Assembly (NCBI GenBank): GCA_964519225.1
Contig: CAZFJK010000002.1
Location: 56,531 to 76,530, forward strand
DNA length: 20,000 nt
Direction: 5' to 3'
Source of the DNA: an uncultured Methanosarcinales archaeon
GTDB lineage: Archaea > Nanobdellota > Nanobdellia > Woesearchaeales > B54-G15
The position numbers were made by a program, and so were the translations under genes. The number at the start of each line of letters is the position of its first letter. The first letter of the stretch is position 1. Under the pieces are notes generated by a model. That model saw only the letters and a list, made by a program, of their open reading frames with translations, was not told where the DNA came from and searched no databases. Positions 15,330 through 20,000 of the stretch are shown piece after piece.

Positions 15330-15818
15330 TTAAACTTTTACCTGACTCGTTTTTGCAAGTTCAATAAATTTTTCTGACATTCGTTCTATGCGATCGTTAA
15401 GTTCTTTGAGCTGTTCGAGTAAAGTTTCGATAGTTACTGCTGCATTCCACCCTTTGTCAAGTACTTTTCCTTCTGCTTTCCTTGCCTCTTCGATTGCTCT
15501 CTTTTCCTTTGAAATTTCTTCTGCTTTTCTTAGTGCAGTGCTTAGTTTTTGCTTCAAATCGTTGAGCATCTTCCTTGCTATGTCGCCAGATAGCTCCTCT
15601 ATTGCGTTTTTTAGTACGGTTTCATCGATGTTTATGCTCTTTAAGTCGTCGATCAATGAACGAATTTTGTTGAGAATCTCTTCTTCTTTTTCAAGCAACT
15701 CTTTGTCTGTTCTCAATGTAACTAGTTCATGTTGCTCAAGATGTTTTACTAGGTCAGAAAGCTTTTTGTTTATTTCAAGGGCCTCATTCAACCGAGCTTT
15801 TAGATAGTCTTTCGGCAT
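15330..15818 (-). CDS. Hypothetical coiled-coil protein
   Basis: Glu/Lys/Leu-rich heptad-like sequence. ATG at 15818 lies 2 nt after the upstream stop; alternative start at 15860. Confidence 0.78.
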   Translation of the reverse strand: MPKDYLKARLNEALEINKKLSDLVKHLEQHELVTLRTDKELLEKEEEILNKIRSLIDDLKSINIDETVLKNAIEELSGDIARKMLNDLKQKLSTALRKAEEISKEKRAIEEARKAEGKVLDKGWNAAVTIETLLEQLKELNDRIERMSEKFIELAKTSQVKV

Positions 15819-15820
15819 TT

Positions 15821-16369
15821 TTATGCGAATACCTTCTTTATTTTTTTGAGTTCGTTCCAAGCAAGTGCAAGTTCTTTTTGGAGAAGTTCATCTTTTACTA
15901 ACGTCTTGTTAATTCTAATTGCGCTTCTAAGATAAGTAGATATCTGTTTAAGATCATCTTCGAAAACTCCTCCTTTTGATTTAATTAAGTCAATTATTTC
16001 TTTGATGTTACGCCCGAGCAAGACCGCACTACTCTCTCCTGATTCTATTAAGGGTATGACCTTTTGCCATACAAGTTCGATGTAATGAATAAAACGATTT
16101 TTTTCTTTAAGCTCGTTCCAAAGTTCTCTTAATATTTTTTCAAGTAAGTTCTTTAAAAGAAGAATTTTGGCTGATTCGCCGTGCCGTCGAATGAATTCTT
16201 TTACCTTATCGAGCGCATGATTCATTAATTGAATTTTTTTTGAAACGTGTTTCTCTTTTCGCACATTATTTATTGCTTCGAGCACACCACTTATGCATGT
16301 TGATTCGGTACTTCTAAAAATATCAACTGCAACTTTTATGGCAGATTGTATTGTGTTTGTTATCCCCAT
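15821..16369 (-). CDS. Hypothetical alpha-helical protein
   Basis: 182-aa ORF with a TATA-like AACAAAACTTATATAG about 22 nt upstream (16391-16406). Confidence 0.78.
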   Translation of the reverse strand: MGITNTIQSAIKVAVDIFRSTESTCISGVLEAINNVRKEKHVSKKIQLMNHALDKVKEFIRRHGESAKILLLKNLLEKILRELWNELKEKNRFIHYIELVWQKVIPLIESGESSAVLLGRNIKEIIDLIKSKGGVFEDDLKQISTYLRSAIRINKTLVKDELLQKELALAWNELKKIKKVFA

Positions 16370-16522
16370 GCTTGGAATAGATTTAACTAACTATATAAGT
16401 TTTGTTATTCTAAATTTTATAACTTTCTACTTCGAATTGCTTATGTAAAAACACTACAAGAAGGAAAAAATTAATTATCTCTAAAAAAACCTTTTTATAC
16501 TTGGGCTTTTGGAAAACAACAT

Positions 16523-19063
16523 ATGGACGAAAAAGAACTTAAAAAGAAACTTAAAGAGGCTGCTTCAAAAAATCCAGAGAAATTTTATGCTGTGAAAGTT
16601 CTGAAAGCAGAAGGTTTTACAAGAAAGCGATGCGAGAAATGCGGAACTTATTTCTGGACTGCTGATGAAAAACGAAAACTTTGCGGAAATCCTTTTTGTT
16701 CAGGCGGTTATGGATTTATCGGAGAAAGTCCTGCAAAGAAAAAATACGATTATATTGAATTATGGAATACGTTTTCAGACATGTTCATAAAACTCGGTTA
16801 CACACCAATAAAGAGATATCCTGTTGTTGCTAGGTGGAGAAATGATGTTGATTTTGTTCAAGCAAGCATATATGATTTTCAGCCGTATGTTGTTAGTGGA
16901 GAAGTAGAGCCGCCAGCAAATCCTTTAGTTGTTCCGCAGTTTTGCTTGAGATTTAATGATGTTGATAATGTTGGAATAACTTCTGCACATTTTACTGGTT
17001 TTGTGATGATAGGTCAGCATGCATTTGTGCCGCAAGCAAAATATGATCAGGAAAAGTACTTTAGCGATATTCTTCAATGGCTGACTAAAGGCCTCGGCTT
17101 AGAGCATAAAGAAATTCAGTTTCATGAAGATAGTTGGGCTGGTGGTGGAAATTTGGGGCCATGCATGGAATTCTTTAGCAGAGGCATAGAACTTGGAAAT
17201 CAAGTTTATATGTGGTACAAGGTTAAAGGAGCCGGCTGGGAAGATTTGAATATAAAAGTTCTTGATATGGGGATGGGACATGAAAGAAATTGCTGGTTCA
17301 GTCAAGGGAGTGCTACGATTTATGATGCGACTTTCCCTAGTGTAATGAAAAAATTATACAAGCTGGTTGGTTTGAAGCCAGATGCTGAACTGATGAAGAG
17401 ATTTCTTCCACTTTCTTCTTATTTGAATCTTGATGAAACACAAAACATTGAAAAGACATGGCGCTTTGTTGCTAAGAAGCTTGATCTTGATGTTGAAGAA
17501 CTTAAGAAGAAAATCCTTCCTTTAGCTGCACTGTACAGCATTGCAGAGCACAGTCGGAGTTTGCTTGTTGCTTTCAGCGACGGAGCATTGCCGAGCAACA
17601 GCGGAGGCGGCTATAATCTGAGAATGATCTTAAGAAGAGCGCTAAGTTTTATTGAGAAATACAATTGGCCAATTAATCTTTATGAAGTATGTGAATGGCA
17701 TGCTGATTATCTGAAAAAGCTGTTTCCAGAATTGAAAGATAATCTTGAAATTGTTAGGAAAATTATTGATGTTGAAAAAGCGAAGTATAAAGCAACAAGG
17801 CAAAAGGTAAGAAGCATAGTTGAAAATATCGTTAAGAGGAGAGAAGTGATTGATGAAAAAACATTGATCGGATTGTATGACAGCCAAGGCATAACACCAG
17901 AGCTTGTAAAAGCAGAAGCTGAAAAACAAGGTGTTGAGGTTAAAATTCCTGAAAATTTCTATGCAAGGGTCTCTGCAATGCATGAAAATCTTGAAGCGCC
18001 AAGAAGAATGGAAGAGAAAAAAGAAATTGAATTTCCTATTGCTGATTTGCCAGAAACAAAGCTACTTTATCTCGATGATTATGAGAAAGTTGATTTTGAA
18101 GCAAAGGTTTTGAAAATTTTTGATCATGTTGTAGTACTTGATAGAACTGTTTTTTATCCTACTAGTGGTGGACAAGAACATGATACCGGCAAGCTAAATG
18201 ATCAGGAAGTGGTTGATGTTTTTAAGCAAGGAAGTGTTGTTTTGCATAGGTTGGCTGCTCTTCCAAAGAGTAAGGAAGGCGATATTGTTAAGGGCGAAGT
18301 AGATTTTGAAAGAAGAAAAATGCTTACGCAGCATCATACAGCAGCACATATCTTAAATTCTGCTGCAAGGAGAGTACTTGGAAAGCATGTAAACCAAGCA
18401 GGTGCAAAGAAAAGTGTTTGGAAAGCTCATCTAGATATAACTCATTTTGCTAGTTTAACGCCAGAAGAAGTTAAAGCGATCGAACGCGAAGCCAACGAGA
18501 TTGTGCAGGAGGATATAAAGATTCATACTTTTCTTATGCCAAGGACAGAAGCAGAGCAGAGGTTTGGCATGACTATTTATCAGGGTGGAGCTGTTCCTGG
18601 AAAGCAGTTGCGAATAGTAGAGATTCCTTCTGTTGATGTTGAAGCGTGCGGTGGAACTCATTTGCATAGCACTGGCGAAGCTAGAAAAATTAGAATTATA
18701 AAAACGACAAAGATACAAGACGGAGTTATAAGGCTTGTGTATGTTGCAGGAAAGGCAGCCGAGCAATTCGAGGCTGAAGAAGAAAAACTTGTTGATGAAA
18801 TTGCTTCACTGCTTAAGTGCTTTAGATTCCAGATTCCATACAGGGCAAAAGAATTGTTTGAAAAATGGAAGACGGTTGTTAAAAAGAAAAAGCAGATTCC
18901 CCAAGAGGAAGCAAAGCTTAAAGCAGGAGGCGAATTCAAAGGAAGCAATGCTGAATTGCTTGAAGAAACTGCAAAAGCACTTAAGACACAAAAAGATTTT
19001 ATAATCAATACGATAAAGCGTTTCTTGAAAGAATTAAAAGAAAAAGGTTATGAGGTGGTTTGA
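16523..19063 (+). CDS. alaS: Alanine--tRNA ligase, archaeal type, with shortened C-terminus
   Basis: Archaeal N-terminal GF.RK.C..CG.YFWT, YPVVARWR.D, ASIYDFQP, PPANPL...Q.C.RF.D.DNVG, W.GGGN.GP, GYNLR; editing domain HTAAH and EACGGTH. Confidence 0.97.
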   Translation: MDEKELKKKLKEAASKNPEKFYAVKVLKAEGFTRKRCEKCGTYFWTADEKRKLCGNPFCSGGYGFIGESPAKKKYDYIELWNTFSDMFIKLGYTPIKRYPVVARWRNDVDFVQASIYDFQPYVVSGEVEPPANPLVVPQFCLRFNDVDNVGITSAHFTGFVMIGQHAFVPQAKYDQEKYFSDILQWLTKGLGLEHKEIQFHEDSWAGGGNLGPCMEFFSRGIELGNQVYMWYKVKGAGWEDLNIKVLDMGMGHERNCWFSQGSATIYDATFPSVMKKLYKLVGLKPDAELMKRFLPLSSYLNLDETQNIEKTWRFVAKKLDLDVEELKKKILPLAALYSIAEHSRSLLVAFSDGALPSNSGGGYNLRMILRRALSFIEKYNWPINLYEVCEWHADYLKKLFPELKDNLEIVRKIIDVEKAKYKATRQKVRSIVENIVKRREVIDEKTLIGLYDSQGITPELVKAEAEKQGVEVKIPENFYARVSAMHENLEAPRRMEEKKEIEFPIADLPETKLLYLDDYEKVDFEAKVLKIFDHVVVLDRTVFYPTSGGQEHDTGKLNDQEVVDVFKQGSVVLHRLAALPKSKEGDIVKGEVDFERRKMLTQHHTAAHILNSAARRVLGKHVNQAGAKKSVWKAHLDITHFASLTPEEVKAIEREANEIVQEDIKIHTFLMPRTEAEQRFGMTIYQGGAVPGKQLRIVEIPSVDVEACGGTHLHSTGEARKIRIIKTTKIQDGVIRLVYVAGKAAEQFEAEEEKLVDEIASLLKCFRFQIPYRAKELFEKWKTVVKKKKQIPQEEAKLKAGGEFKGSNAELLEETAKALKTQKDFIINTIKRFLKELKEKGYEVV

Positions 19064-19489
19064 ATGACAGAAACAGAATGTATTTTTTGCAAGATTATTG
19101 CGGGCGAAATTCCATCAGCAAAAGTCTATGAAGATGAAGATGTTGTGGCTTTTCTTGATATAAATCCAACTACAAAAGGGCATACGCTTGTTGTTCCGAA
19201 AAAACACGTTGCAACCTTTCTTGAAGCTGATGATGATGTGATCGAGAAATTAATAAAAGTGAGCAGAGATGTTGGAAAAGCAATAGTCAAGGCAATGAAT
19301 GCTGACGGATTGAATATTGGAATCAATAACGGAAAAGCAGCAGGGCAGATTATTTTTCATTTACATTTTCATCTGATTCCGAGATATGCAAATGATGGGT
19401 TGAAATGCTGGCCGCAGGGAAAATACGAGGAAGGTGAAATAGAAAAAGTTAAAGATGAGATTTTGAAAGTTATGCAAAAAGAAAAATGA
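19064..19489 (+). CDS. HIT family nucleotide hydrolase (HINT-like)
   Basis: CIFCKII.GEIP...VYED, AFLDINP...GHTLVVPK, AGQ.IFHLHFHLIPR. Confidence 0.96.
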   Translation: MTETECIFCKIIAGEIPSAKVYEDEDVVAFLDINPTTKGHTLVVPKKHVATFLEADDDVIEKLIKVSRDVGKAIVKAMNADGLNIGINNGKAAGQIIFHLHFHLIPRYANDGLKCWPQGKYEEGEIEKVKDEILKVMQKEK

Positions 19490-20000
19490 TAAAAGGGGTT
19501 TTGTTTGATTTTTGGGGAACGCTTGTTGAGAATGGAGTTTATTCGCCGTTGAGACAGGCTAAGAAGATTTTGGGAATTAACATGCCGTTTGGTAAGTATG
19601 TTGTGAGATTTGAGAAAGCGTTGATGTTAAGCAATAAATCTCTTGAAGATGGCTTTAGACAGGTTTTTGATGCTTTTAATATACCTTTTGAACAGCGCGT
19701 TTTGGATGAACTGGTTGCTTTATGGCGTGAGAATGCTGAAAAAGCTGAACTTTATCCTGAAACAAAAGAAGTCCTTGAGGATTTAAAGGCTAGTGATAAA
19801 AAGCTTTGTTTGATATCAAACACAGATAGTTTTTCAGTAAATCAGGTTTTGTCCAAGACAACATTAAGGAAATATTTTGATGCGATTGTTCTTTCGTGTG
19901 CTGTTGGTTGTCTGAAAACGAATCCAAGAATGTTTTACTATGCTCTGAAGATGCTGAATTTGCAGAAGAATGAGGTTGTGATGGTAGGCGATAGCATTGA
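19486..20000 (+). CDS. HAD-superfamily hydrolase; 3' end runs off the window
   Basis: Not in the ORF track. ATG overlaps the HIT stop (ATGA). MIKGVLFDFWGTLV (motif I variant), LYPET, ISNTD (motif II), YFDAIVLS..VG.LK, MVGDS (motif IV). Confidence 0.92.
   Translation, partial: MIKGVLFDFWGTLVENGVYSPLRQAKKILGINMPFGKYVVRFEKALMLSNKSLEDGFRQVFDAFNIPFEQRVLDELVALWRENAEKAELYPETKEVLEDLKASDKKLCLISNTDSFSVNQVLSKTTLRKYFDAIVLSCAVGCLKTNPRMFYYALKMLNLQKNEVVMVGDSI

Noticed and set aside
423..19326. Remaining short ORFs in the track nested in or antisense to the called genes
   Set aside because: No motifs, biased shadow-frame composition, and fully overlapped by confident genes.

Overview
AT-rich archaeal genomic window with one 100-N scaffold gap. 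Archaeal origin is shown by TFIIB, archaeal uS15 followed by a RecJ-like DHH gene, archaeal-type AlaRS, BRE/TATA promoters and a BHB tRNA intron. A DPANN (Woesearchaeota-like) assignment is only my inference from gene content. The window is rich in tRNA-related genes: a MiaB/MtaB-type methylthiotransferase, a TtuA/Ncs6-type thiolase, Trm112, two SAM methyltransferases, tRNA-Ser(GGA), tRNA-Glu(CTC) and tRNA-Ser(CGA). Highlights: (1) an intact bacterial-type sigma-70 family gene (regions 2 and 4) in the archaeal contig, coupled by an ATGA overlap to an archaeal COG2521-type methyltransferase once the gap artefact is collapsed; (2) bacterial queuosine genes queA and queH; (3) a tRNA-Glu with a 50-nt BHB intron in the T-loop (position 59/60); (4) 67-bp tandem repeats built from the 3' end of tRNA-Ser(CGA), carrying GAA-triloop hairpins; (5) a two-hairpin leader upstream of rps15; (6) a 33-bp palindrome between the TATA box and start codon of an archaeal ATPase gene. 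All calls come from reading motifs by eye; no searches were run.
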